NCBI GenBank assembly: GCA_050744865.1
Contig: JBOGHW010000015.1
Location: 7,554 to 71,553, forward strand
Origin: Acidimicrobiales bacterium
GTDB lineage: Bacteria; Actinomycetota; Acidimicrobiia; Acidimicrobiales; Bog-793
Length of the DNA stretch: 64,000 nucleotides
Reading direction: 5' to 3'
Both the position numbers and the translations under genes were made by a program. The stretch's first letter is position 1. Each line of letters starts with the position of its first letter. The notes under the pieces are model-generated. The model was not told where the DNA came from and did no database searches. It saw only the letters and a list, made by a program, of their open reading frames with translations. Below, piece by piece: positions 41,185 to 49,518 of the stretch.

Positions 41185-42408
41185 ATGTCCCCGCCCCGCA
41201 TCCGCTCGGAGATGAACGGGATGGGCGAGCCACCGGGCAAAGTCTGGTTCTGGGAGCTGGCTGCCGCCGTTATCGACGCCGGCCGCTGTGTGCAGTGCGG
41301 AGCGTGTGTGGCGGCCTGCCCCACCGACTCGATCGGAGTCGGCCAGGACAACTTGCCAGTGCTCGTCAAGATGTGCACCGGATGTTCGCTGTGCTGGGAC
41401 TTCTGCCCGCGGGGAGGCCTCAGGTACGAGGCGACATGGCACCGGCCTGCCACCCAGTCGCAGGATGACTGGCGCATCACAGGCGCCGATCCAGCTCCCG
41501 GTCTTGGGAAAGTGCGAGAAGCCAATGCCGCGCGGGTGAGATCTGGGAGTAAACTCTCCTCTCAAGGCGCCCAAGATGGTGGCGTTGTATCCGCGATGCT
41601 CCTCGCTTCCCTCGCAGCCGGGGAGATCGACGGCGCTGTCGTGGCGAGGGAGGACCCCGACCATCCGTGGAAGGGAGTTCCTCACCTCGCCACGACTTCC
41701 GAAGAGATCCGAGCGGCCAGCGGCAGCTTCTACAACCAGACGATGGCGTTGTCGCGCCTCGACCTGGCCTCCGCCGGTCTCGCAGCTGACGCCCGCATCG
41801 CCGTCGTTGGTACTCCCTGCGAGATACAGGGGCTGCGGGCCCTGCAAGCTCGCGAGTGGCGCCGCGGGGCTTCGCGGGTGGATGCCGTCGTGCTCACCAT
41901 CGCCCTTTTGTGCACGAAGAGCTTCGACTACAAGCGGCTCATGCTGGAAGAGATAGCCTCCCGCCGCCAGGTCGACTTGGCCGAGGTCGGCAAAGTCGAC
42001 GTCGTCCACGGCCGCATGGTGGTGGAAGACCACACCGGCGAGACGATTGTCGACGAGCCCGTGAAGGCCTTCCACGGCGCTGCTCTGAAGGGTTGCGACG
42101 AGTGCTCCGACTTCTTGGGCCGAGCTGCCGACGTGTCGGTAGGTTCGGTCGGGAGCGCGGCCGGCTACTCGAGCGTCCTTGTTCGTACACCGGCCGGCCA
42201 GAGGGCCTTCGACGCCGTGCGACCCGAGCTGGACCTGGTCGAGCTGGAAGCGCCCGCAGCCCTGGACAAGCTGGACAGGCTGGACAAGAGGATCGCCGCC
42301 ACAGCACTGCAGCGCCCCTTCGACCCCGACGGCCCGCTGTTCATCGACTTCGCCGAGCATGTGACGTTCTACGCCGGCACCGACCGGGCGCCTGTCTGGA
42401 GGGACTGA
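41185..42408 (+). CDS. FrhB/FdhB/FpoF-family protein (coenzyme F420 hydrogenase/dehydrogenase beta-subunit-like) with N-terminal 2x[4Fe-4S] ferredoxin domain
   Basis: Start is ATG 41185 (or GTG 41179, which overlaps the sirA TGA). Ferredoxin motifs are CVQCGACVAACP and CTGCSLCWDFCP. FrhB-type motifs are GAQDGGVVSAML, VVGTPCEIQGLRAL and DVSVGSVGS. Confidence 0.75.
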   Translation: MSPPRIRSEMNGMGEPPGKVWFWELAAAVIDAGRCVQCGACVAACPTDSIGVGQDNLPVLVKMCTGCSLCWDFCPRGGLRYEATWHRPATQSQDDWRITGADPAPGLGKVREANAARVRSGSKLSSQGAQDGGVVSAMLLASLAAGEIDGAVVAREDPDHPWKGVPHLATTSEEIRAASGSFYNQTMALSRLDLASAGLAADARIAVVGTPCEIQGLRALQAREWRRGASRVDAVVLTIALLCTKSFDYKRLMLEEIASRRQVDLAEVGKVDVVHGRMVVEDHTGETIVDEPVKAFHGAALKGCDECSDFLGRAADVSVGSVGSAAGYSSVLVRTPAGQRAFDAVRPELDLVELEAPAALDKLDRLDKRIAATALQRPFDPDGPLFIDFAEHVTFYAGTDRAPVWRD

Positions 42409-42758
42409 TGGGCACGGCTGCCGCCCCGCTCCTGGATGGCTCCGACGGCGGGCTCTGGTCCCTGCCCGAGCCCCTGCCCCTGCTGACGGCCTTGCGCGCC
42501 CGGGCGGCTGAAAGTCCCGCTTCGAGCCGTGCCGAGGCGCCCCGGGAGTTGGCTGCGTGGGCCACCCAGCACTGGGGCGACCGTGTTGCCAACCTCGGCA
42601 TGGGCGACGAAGCGTTGTTCGAGGCCTTCCAGTCCTGCCGGCGTGAAATCTGGCTGTGGGTCACCGGCGACAGGCGCTGGTCCCAGCTGGCCAGCTCGCT
42701 CACGGCCCGGATCGCCCGGCGGGCACTCGCCGACTCCGGTCGCGTCTGTCACTCATAA
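42408..42758 (+). CDS. Hypothetical protein (116 aa), translationally coupled to the FrhB-like gene
   Basis: ATG 42408 shares its A with the preceding TGA (TGATG). The product is predicted helical and I recognise no family. Confidence 0.5.
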   Translation: MGTAAAPLLDGSDGGLWSLPEPLPLLTALRARAAESPASSRAEAPRELAAWATQHWGDRVANLGMGDEALFEAFQSCRREIWLWVTGDRRWSQLASSLTARIARRALADSGRVCHS

Positions 42759-42877
42759 CCCCAGGCGAGGAGAACAGTTGGTTCTTGGCGACTGGTGCGG
42801 AGAGTGTGCCTAAAGTGTCACCAGGGCAATGTGTGCCAGCGGCCGTCTCGAAGTGAAGGCCGAAGGAGAGAGCAAAG

Positions 42878-43165
42878 ATGACCCCAACTACGGCGACCGC
42901 CGGCGCCTCGCCGGATCCCCCCATTGAGCCCGACACTTCTTCACAAGTCGACCCTGATTCCTTTCAGATAACACTGGTGGGACCCGCCGCGCAACTGGTC
43001 AGAGAACTAATCAACCGGACTGCGCCCATTGACTCGGCAAGCGTTGGCGCCGTCGTCGCCGACGCTCTCGTCGTGAAGAAGTGGGTTGACGCCAACGTCA
43101 AGGAACAGAAGCTGTTCCTGCGTGACATGACCGGCCGCATGACCGAGGTCACCAGGGCTCAGTGA
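42878..43165 (+). CDS. Hypothetical small protein (95 aa), possible ribbon-helix-helix-like fold
   Basis: A strong SD (GAAGGAGAGAG) lies 5 nt before the ATG. GC is locally low. The segment SFQITLVGPAAQLVRELINRT...SVGAVVADALVVKKW has a beta-alpha-alpha pattern. Confidence 0.6.
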   Translation: MTPTTATAGASPDPPIEPDTSSQVDPDSFQITLVGPAAQLVRELINRTAPIDSASVGAVVADALVVKKWVDANVKEQKLFLRDMTGRMTEVTRAQ

Positions 43166-43503
43166 CACTACCGGCCGGTCCAGGCGCCGGGCCAGGGACC
43201 CCCTCAGCTCGAGGGGCGACGCCCGAGGCTGGTGTCGCAGCAACGGTCCAGCATGTCGCGACCGGTGATCCGTTTCAACCCAAGGGTAAGACATTTCTCA
43301 CCCTGAGTGACGCGACCACGCGACAGTTATTGGCGCTTTCCTTCTTTGCCCTATTTGCCGCCACTGTCGTTCTGTCCTTCGTGAATATCCATAACAGCAG
43401 CTGGGCGAACACGAAAGAGTGGCTCCAGATTCTGCTACCGGCCGAGACGGCCCTCCTGGGCTCGGCGACCGGGTTCTACTTCGGGAGCAAGAGTCAGTCT
43501 TGA
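43162..43503 (+). CDS. Hypothetical small membrane protein (113 aa, 2 TMs)
   Basis: Its ATG overlaps the upstream stop (ATGA, 43162-43165). TMs are LLALSFFALFAATVVLSFV and ILLPAETALLGSATGFYFG. GC is about 52% by eye, against about 68% in the surrounding DNA. Confidence 0.6.
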   Translation: MTLPAGPGAGPGTPSARGATPEAGVAATVQHVATGDPFQPKGKTFLTLSDATTRQLLALSFFALFAATVVLSFVNIHNSSWANTKEWLQILLPAETALLGSATGFYFGSKSQS

Positions 43504-43637
43504 AGAGATGCCTGTAGCCACCGCGGTCCGGAACGTCATTGTGAGAATGTGAGCTCGGGCGGCGCGCCTCGTGAGTGCGCTTCGCCATGAACCGGGCTGA
43601 CCGGTAGCAGACACCCGCCTGTTTCATCGGGCCCCCT

Positions 43638-44840
43638 CTAGGCACGAGGCGCCCCGGTCCACACCCGCCGGGGCCTGAGTCCATAGCTCCAAGCAAAGGC
43701 GCCTTCGTGATCGGCGTCCCAGAGCACGGCATCGGGCCTGAGCCCGGCTTGGAGCCGCCCCCTGTCACCGAGGCGGAGTGAGGCTGCCCCGCCGGCGGTC
43801 GCAGCTGTTAGCGCCTGCGACACGGACAGCCCGAGGTCGGACACGGCCAGCGCGATCACGAGCGTCATCGAAGTCGTGCCGCAAGTGCCGGGATTGTGGT
43901 CGGAGCCCAGGGCGATGGTCACACCCGCGTCGACCAGCTCCCTGACCGGCGGCGTCACGCCCATCGCAAGAGCGGTGACGGGTGCGAGCGTCGCCACCAC
44001 ACCGGCCGAAGCCAGTGCCTTGGCATCGGAAGCTTCGACCAGGAGCAGGTGGTCGGCTGAGGCACAACCCAGCTCGGCTGCCAGCTGCGAGCCTCCGGTG
44101 CGGGCGAGCTCGTCGGCGTGGATGCGCGGTATGAGGCCGGCACCGGCTGCGGCCGACAGCAGGCGCCGGGATTGGTCGACGGTGAAGTAACCGGCGTCGC
44201 AGAACACGTCGGCGTGTCGCGCTCCCGCCGCACGGGACTCACCGCACCAGGAGGCGGCCGCCTCCACGTAGCCGTCAGGGTCTCCGACGTACTCCGGCCC
44301 GACGGCGTGCCCGGCCAGCCACGTGACCTCGACCCAGGGCAAGCCGGCGCCGGCGAGGCTGGCCAGGATCCTGACCGCTTCCAGCTCCCCCTCCCGGGAC
44401 AGGTGGTAGCCCGTCTTGGCCTCGACCGTGGTGGCACCTCCCGCCAGCCAGCTCTCCAGCCGCGAGCGCGCTGCCGCCGCCAGGTCTCCTGCCGGCGTGG
44501 CGCGGGTGGCCACGACGGTGGAGGAGATCCCGCCGCCGCCGGCGGCGATCTCGGAGTACGAGGCACCGGCAGAGCGCGAGGCGATCTCGGCGAACCTGCT
44601 GCCGCCGTACAGCGGGTGGGTGTGGGCGTCGACGAGCCCAGGCGTGACGAGAGCGCCTTCGGCGTCCACCTCCTCGCCGACGGACCATCCCCCGCGCTTC
44701 GCCGCTTCGGCAAGCCCGTCCTCTGAACCGGCGTAAAGGATTGCTCCCTCGTCGAAGGCGAGGGCGGCGTCCTCGAGGGTCCCTGCGGTGCCGCAGGTCG
44801 CCAGGCGACCGATCGACCGGACGACGGTGATCGTGGTCAC
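43638..44840 (-). CDS. hutI: Imidazolonepropionase
   Basis: 400 aa. Amidohydrolase motifs are PGLVDAHTHPLYGGSR, RIHADE and ALGSDHNPG. It is the last gene of the hut string. Confidence 0.9.
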   Translation of the reverse strand: MTTITVVRSIGRLATCGTAGTLEDAALAFDEGAILYAGSEDGLAEAAKRGGWSVGEEVDAEGALVTPGLVDAHTHPLYGGSRFAEIASRSAGASYSEIAAGGGGISSTVVATRATPAGDLAAAARSRLESWLAGGATTVEAKTGYHLSREGELEAVRILASLAGAGLPWVEVTWLAGHAVGPEYVGDPDGYVEAAASWCGESRAAGARHADVFCDAGYFTVDQSRRLLSAAAGAGLIPRIHADELARTGGSQLAAELGCASADHLLLVEASDAKALASAGVVATLAPVTALAMGVTPPVRELVDAGVTIALGSDHNPGTCGTTSMTLVIALAVSDLGLSVSQALTAATAGGAASLRLGDRGRLQAGLRPDAVLWDADHEGAFAWSYGLRPRRVWTGAPRA

Positions 44841-46265
44841 CTAACCGATGACCGCAGCTTCGTGGGCCGACCGAGCCAGCAGCTCGGCGACCGCCCGCGG
44901 CGGTCCGAGCGAGAGGTGCTCGCCTTCGGCGACCACAACCTTGCCTCCGACGACGACGGAGTGGACGTCGCTCGGATGGGCTGCGAACACGACGCGTGCC
45001 AGTAGCTCCTCCGAGGAGGCGGCTCCGGTGAGCCGGAGCGAGCCCAATCGCAAAGTGACAAGGTCGGCGACGCCACCGGGTGCGATACCGGCTTCCGGCC
45101 ACCCGAGCGACCGGCATCCGCCCGAGGTGGCGGCTTCCAGGAGCGCCGGCACTTGCCAGATCCCCCGGCGCTCAGCGGCGAGGCGCTCGTCGAGCTCGAT
45201 GGCACGCGTCTCCTCGAAAGGATCAATGACGGCATGGCTGTCGCTTCCTATCGACAGCATGGCGCCAGCCTCGGCGAGCGCCGAGAAGCGCCCGATGCCG
45301 TCGCCCAGATCTCGTTCAGTGGTGGGGCAGGCACAGATCGAGCAACGCCTCGATCCGAGCAGGGCCAGGTCGCTCGCAGTGAGATGCGTGGCGTGGACCG
45401 CCGTCATGGAGGGACCCACTGCTCCGGCGTCGTCGAGGAGCGCGGTCGGAGTGCATCCGGTCAGCTGCAGGCACTCCTCATTCTCGCGGCGCTGTTCTGA
45501 CAGATGGACGTGGAGGGGCCAGTCCATGTCGTGAGCGAGCGTGGCGACCGTTGCCATGGCGCTCGGGGGCACGGCCCGCACACTATGGATCGCCGCTCCA
45601 AGCCGTAGGTTGTCGTGGGACCAAAGCGCCTCGGCCAAGCGGCCGGCGCGCTCGGCCCACCGTGAGCCCGACAGGTCACCGAAACGCAGCTGCGGTCCCT
45701 GCAACGGCCTTCCCCCGACACCGGCCTGCAAGTAGCAAGTGTCGAGCAACGTCATGCGGATGCCGGACGCACCGGCGGCCCCGATAAGTGCCAGGCCCAT
45801 GACATTCGGCTCGGCGTAGGGAGCGCCGCCGGACTGGTGATGTAGGTAGTGGAACTCGCCCACGGCCGTGTAGCCGGCGAGCAGCATCTCGGCGTAAACC
45901 GCTATGGCGAGCTGGTGGTACGACTCCGGCGCGAGCTGCTCGGCGACGCTGTACATGAGGTCGCGCCAGGTCCAGAAGTCACCGGAGCGGGTCTCGCTGA
46001 TGCCTCGCAGGACACGATGGAACGCATGCGAGTGCGCATTGACGAACCCCGGCAGGGCGAGGTCACCCCCCAACCGCACGACGCCCGGCTCGAGGGTGGA
46101 CGGGGCAACGCCCGGCCTGACGTCTGAAATCAGTCCTGCTGCGGTGTACCGGACCAGCACGTTGGGAACCAGGCCCTTTTCGGCACCGAGCCACGCCAGG
46201 GAGGCGAAGACCTCCCCTCCGCCCACGGGCGGGGGCGCCCCGCCGTCTCCGTCCACGAGGCTCAC
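44841..46265 (-). CDS. hutF: Formimidoylglutamate deiminase
   Basis: 474 aa. Motifs are [27 protein letters not shown] and GEFHYLHH, which are characteristic of HutF. Confidence 0.85.
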   Translation of the reverse strand: MSLVDGDGGAPPPVGGGEVFASLAWLGAEKGLVPNVLVRYTAAGLISDVRPGVAPSTLEPGVVRLGGDLALPGFVNAHSHAFHRVLRGISETRSGDFWTWRDLMYSVAEQLAPESYHQLAIAVYAEMLLAGYTAVGEFHYLHHQSGGAPYAEPNVMGLALIGAAGASGIRMTLLDTCYLQAGVGGRPLQGPQLRFGDLSGSRWAERAGRLAEALWSHDNLRLGAAIHSVRAVPPSAMATVATLAHDMDWPLHVHLSEQRRENEECLQLTGCTPTALLDDAGAVGPSMTAVHATHLTASDLALLGSRRCSICACPTTERDLGDGIGRFSALAEAGAMLSIGSDSHAVIDPFEETRAIELDERLAAERRGIWQVPALLEAATSGGCRSLGWPEAGIAPGGVADLVTLRLGSLRLTGAASSEELLARVVFAAHPSDVHSVVVGGKVVVAEGEHLSLGPPRAVAELLARSAHEAAVIG

Positions 46266-47959
46266 TGGGTGCTCGGGCGCCCGATACCTTCGGAAGGGAG
46301 CCAGAGCCCTCGCCGGCGCGCGGTCTCACGGGCCTGGTCGTAGCCGGCGTCGGCGTGCCGCATGACGCCTGTGCCGGGGTCGTTCGTGAGCACGCGCTCA
46401 ACCTTACGAGCCGACAGCTCGGTGCCGTCGGCCACGACGACGGTGCCCGAGTGGATCGACCTGCCGATGCCCACACCCCCGCCGTGATGGACGCTCACCC
46501 ACGAAGCGCCGCTAGCGCAGTTGAGCAAGGCGTTGAGGATCGGCCAGTCGGCGATGGCGTCGCTGCCGTCGGCCATGGCCTCGGTCTCCCGGTACGGCGA
46601 GGCGACAGAGCCCGAGTCGAGGTGGTCGCGGCCGATCACGATGGGCGCGGCGACCTCGCCCGAGGCGACGAGGTCGTTGAAGCGCAAACCGGCGCGGTGC
46701 CTCTCCTTGTACCCGAGCCAGCAGATGCGAGCGGGCAGGCCCTGCTGCTCAACCTTGTCCTCGGCGGTCCGGAGCCATCGCACGACGTCTTCGGCCTCGG
46801 GGAACTCGGCGATGACTGCCTTGTCGGTCGTGCCGATATCGCGAGGGTCGCCTGACATCGCCGCCCAGCGGAACGGCCCGAGCCCCTCGCAGAACAGGGG
46901 TCTTATGTAGGCAGGGACGAAGCCCGGGTAGGCGAAGGCCCGCTCGTAACCTTCAGCTTGCGCTTCGGCCCTTATCCCGTTGCCGTAGTCGAAGACCTCC
47001 GCACCCTTGTCGAGGAAGCCGACCATCGCCTCGACGTGAGTTGTCATGCTGGCTTTGGACCGGCGGACGTAGTCGTCGACGTCACGCTCGCGAAGGTCGG
47101 ACGCCTCGGAGAGCGACAGCCCGGCCGGCACGTACGAAATCGGGTCGTGGGCCGAGGTCTGGTCGGTGACGATGTCGGCCGGGAAGTCCGCTGCGAGAAG
47201 TTGTGGCAGCACCTCTGCCGCGTTGCCGATTAGAGCGACGGACAGGGGGCGACGGTCCCGAGCGGCGTCTGTCGCCAGGGCGACTGCTTCGTCGGTCGAG
47301 GTGACAACGGCATCGACGTAGCGCGTCTGCAACCGGCGCTCGGCCCGAAGCGGGTCGACTTCGACGCATACCGCGACGCCGCCGTTCATCGTGACGGCCA
47401 GCGGCTGGGCCCCGCCCATGCCACCGAGACCTGCCGTGAGGACGATCCTGCCGGCCAGCGTGCCGCCGAAGCGCGACTTGGCCACAGCCCCGAACGTCTC
47501 GTAGGTGCCTTGCAATATGCCTTGGGTCCCGATGTATATCCAAGATCCCGCAGTCATCTGCCCGTACATGGTGAGGCCCTTGGCCTCGAGCCGGCGGAAC
47601 TCGGCGGGGGTCGCCCAGTCCGGTACGAGCAACGAATTGGCGATCAGGACGCGGGGTGCCCACTCGTGGGTGGTGAAGACGCCCACCGGCTTGCCGGATT
47701 GGACGAGAAGGGTCTCGTCGTCGCCCAAGTCCCGCAGCGTGGCAACGATCGTGTCGAACGCCTGCCATGATCGTGCCGCCCTGCCGGAGCCGCCGTAGAC
47801 CACGAGGTCGTCGGGGCGCTCGGCGACGTCGGGGTCGAGGTTGTTCATCAGCATCCGGAGAGCGGCCTCTTGCGGCCAGCCCCGGCACGAGCGATCGGTG
47901 CCGTGAGGTGCGCGGACAAGGCGGGCGCCGTGATCGGCGGGGCGGGCATCAGTCGTCAT
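46262..47959 (-). CDS. hutU: Urocanate hydratase
   Basis: 565 aa. Motifs are [34 protein letters not shown] and HHGGGVGIG. It has 4-nt overlaps with both neighbouring genes. Confidence 0.95.
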   Translation of the reverse strand: MTTDARPADHGARLVRAPHGTDRSCRGWPQEAALRMLMNNLDPDVAERPDDLVVYGGSGRAARSWQAFDTIVATLRDLGDDETLLVQSGKPVGVFTTHEWAPRVLIANSLLVPDWATPAEFRRLEAKGLTMYGQMTAGSWIYIGTQGILQGTYETFGAVAKSRFGGTLAGRIVLTAGLGGMGGAQPLAVTMNGGVAVCVEVDPLRAERRLQTRYVDAVVTSTDEAVALATDAARDRRPLSVALIGNAAEVLPQLLAADFPADIVTDQTSAHDPISYVPAGLSLSEASDLRERDVDDYVRRSKASMTTHVEAMVGFLDKGAEVFDYGNGIRAEAQAEGYERAFAYPGFVPAYIRPLFCEGLGPFRWAAMSGDPRDIGTTDKAVIAEFPEAEDVVRWLRTAEDKVEQQGLPARICWLGYKERHRAGLRFNDLVASGEVAAPIVIGRDHLDSGSVASPYRETEAMADGSDAIADWPILNALLNCASGASWVSVHHGGGVGIGRSIHSGTVVVADGTELSARKVERVLTNDPGTGVMRHADAGYDQARETARRRGLWLPSEGIGRPSTQ

Positions 47960-49506
47960 TCGAGGCCTCCGAACTCGTCTTCCACCATACGAACCAAGTC
48001 GCCGGAGGCGACGAGCTCGACAATTGCGTCAACGTCCGGCTTGAGCTCGCGATCTGCATGCAGCGGTCTCACGACCGTGCGCACGGCGACGAGGGCTGCT
48101 GCTGTCCCCCGGCCGGGCCTGAGCGGAGAACGCAGGTCGCAGCCCTGGGCCGCCGCGAGCAGTTCCATGGCCACGACCACTTCGGCATTGGCGATGTTGT
48201 CGCGGGCGTGCCGGGCGGCGATCATTCCCATCGAGACGTGGTCCTCCTGGCCGGCCGAAGAGGTGATCGAGTCGACGGTTGCGGGGTGGGCGAGCGACTT
48301 GGACTCCGACACGAGGGAGGCGGCCGTGTACTGGCAGACCATGAGTCCCGAGTTGACCCCGGCGTTCGGGACAAGGAAGGGCGGCAGGCCGTTCGACGAC
48401 TTCGGGTCGAGCAGCCGATACATCCGGCGCTCGGAGATCGAGGCGAGGCCGACAGCCGCCGCCGCCAGGGAGTCGCATGCGTGCCCGACAGGTTGCCCGT
48501 GGAAGTTGCCGCACGACAGCACTTCGTCGTCGTCGGCGAGCACTATGGGGTTGTCGGACACCGAGGCGAACTCGGTCTCGAGGACGGCGACGGTATTGGC
48601 GAGCACGTCGCGAAATGCACCATGGACCTGCGGAGCACACCGGATCGAGTAGGCATCCTGCACGACATGGTCGCTGTCGCGGTGCGAAGCGAGGATCTCG
48701 CTGCCGGCTACCAGCGCCGTCATGTTACGAGCAGCGATCTGCTGTCCCGGGTGTGGCCTCAAGGCGACGACCCGGCGGTCGAATGCCCTGTCGGTGCCGA
48801 GGATGGCCTCTATCGTGAGGGCGGCCGCGATGTCGACGGACTTGGCGAGCGTCCTTCCTCGTGCGGCCGCCAGGGCGCCGATGGCCGTCATGCCCTGTGT
48901 GCCGTTGATGAGCGCAAGTCCCTCCTTGGCCTTCAGCTCGACGGGTTCCATGCCCGCTTTGGCCAGCGCCTCGGCTGCCGGCATTACAGTTCCGCCGAAG
49001 CGAACCATTCCCTCGCCCGTGATGGCGATGGCCAGGTGCGCCAAGGGAGCGAGGTCGCCCGAGGCCCCGAGGGAGCCCTGCTCGGGTACGACAGGCAGTA
49101 TCCCGTGGTCCAAAAGCTCGACGAAACGTTGCGCCACCTCCACCCTCACCCCCGAATACCCAAGCGCGAGCACGTGGGCACGAAGAGCCAGCATCGCCCT
49201 GACCTCGGGTTCCCCGAGCTCTTTGCCGACGGCGACGGCGTGGCTGCGCAGCAAGCCGTGCTGCAGGGCTGTCGCGTCCTCTGGCGCCAGGTGCATGTCA
49301 GCGAGGCTCCCGAAGCCGGTGGTGACCCCGTAGACGACTCTGCCTGAGCTGACGGCTCGCTCGACGACTGCCCTTGATGCCTCGACTCGACCGAGTGACG
49401 CGTCGCTCAGCTTGGCAGGCGCTCCGGCCGCCACGGCGACGACGTCTTCGAGCACGAGCGACTCACCGAGCTCGATCGGTGGCACTTGTTGAGGGGACCG
49501 CTGCAT
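47956..49506 (-). CDS. hutH: Histidine ammonia-lyase
   Basis: The start moves to ATG 49506 ([28 protein letters not shown]). The 865-aa ORF-track model is an upstream over-extension. The MIO motif is [25 protein letters not shown] is also present. Confidence 0.92.
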   Translation of the reverse strand: MQRSPQQVPPIELGESLVLEDVVAVAAGAPAKLSDASLGRVEASRAVVERAVSSGRVVYGVTTGFGSLADMHLAPEDATALQHGLLRSHAVAVGKELGEPEVRAMLALRAHVLALGYSGVRVEVAQRFVELLDHGILPVVPEQGSLGASGDLAPLAHLAIAITGEGMVRFGGTVMPAAEALAKAGMEPVELKAKEGLALINGTQGMTAIGALAAARGRTLAKSVDIAAALTIEAILGTDRAFDRRVVALRPHPGQQIAARNMTALVAGSEILASHRDSDHVVQDAYSIRCAPQVHGAFRDVLANTVAVLETEFASVSDNPIVLADDDEVLSCGNFHGQPVGHACDSLAAAAVGLASISERRMYRLLDPKSSNGLPPFLVPNAGVNSGLMVCQYTAASLVSESKSLAHPATVDSITSSAGQEDHVSMGMIAARHARDNIANAEVVVAMELLAAAQGCDLRSPLRPGRGTAAALVAVRTVVRPLHADRELKPDVDAIVELVASGDLVRMVEDEFGGLE

Positions 49507-49518
49507 TTGAGAGAATGT

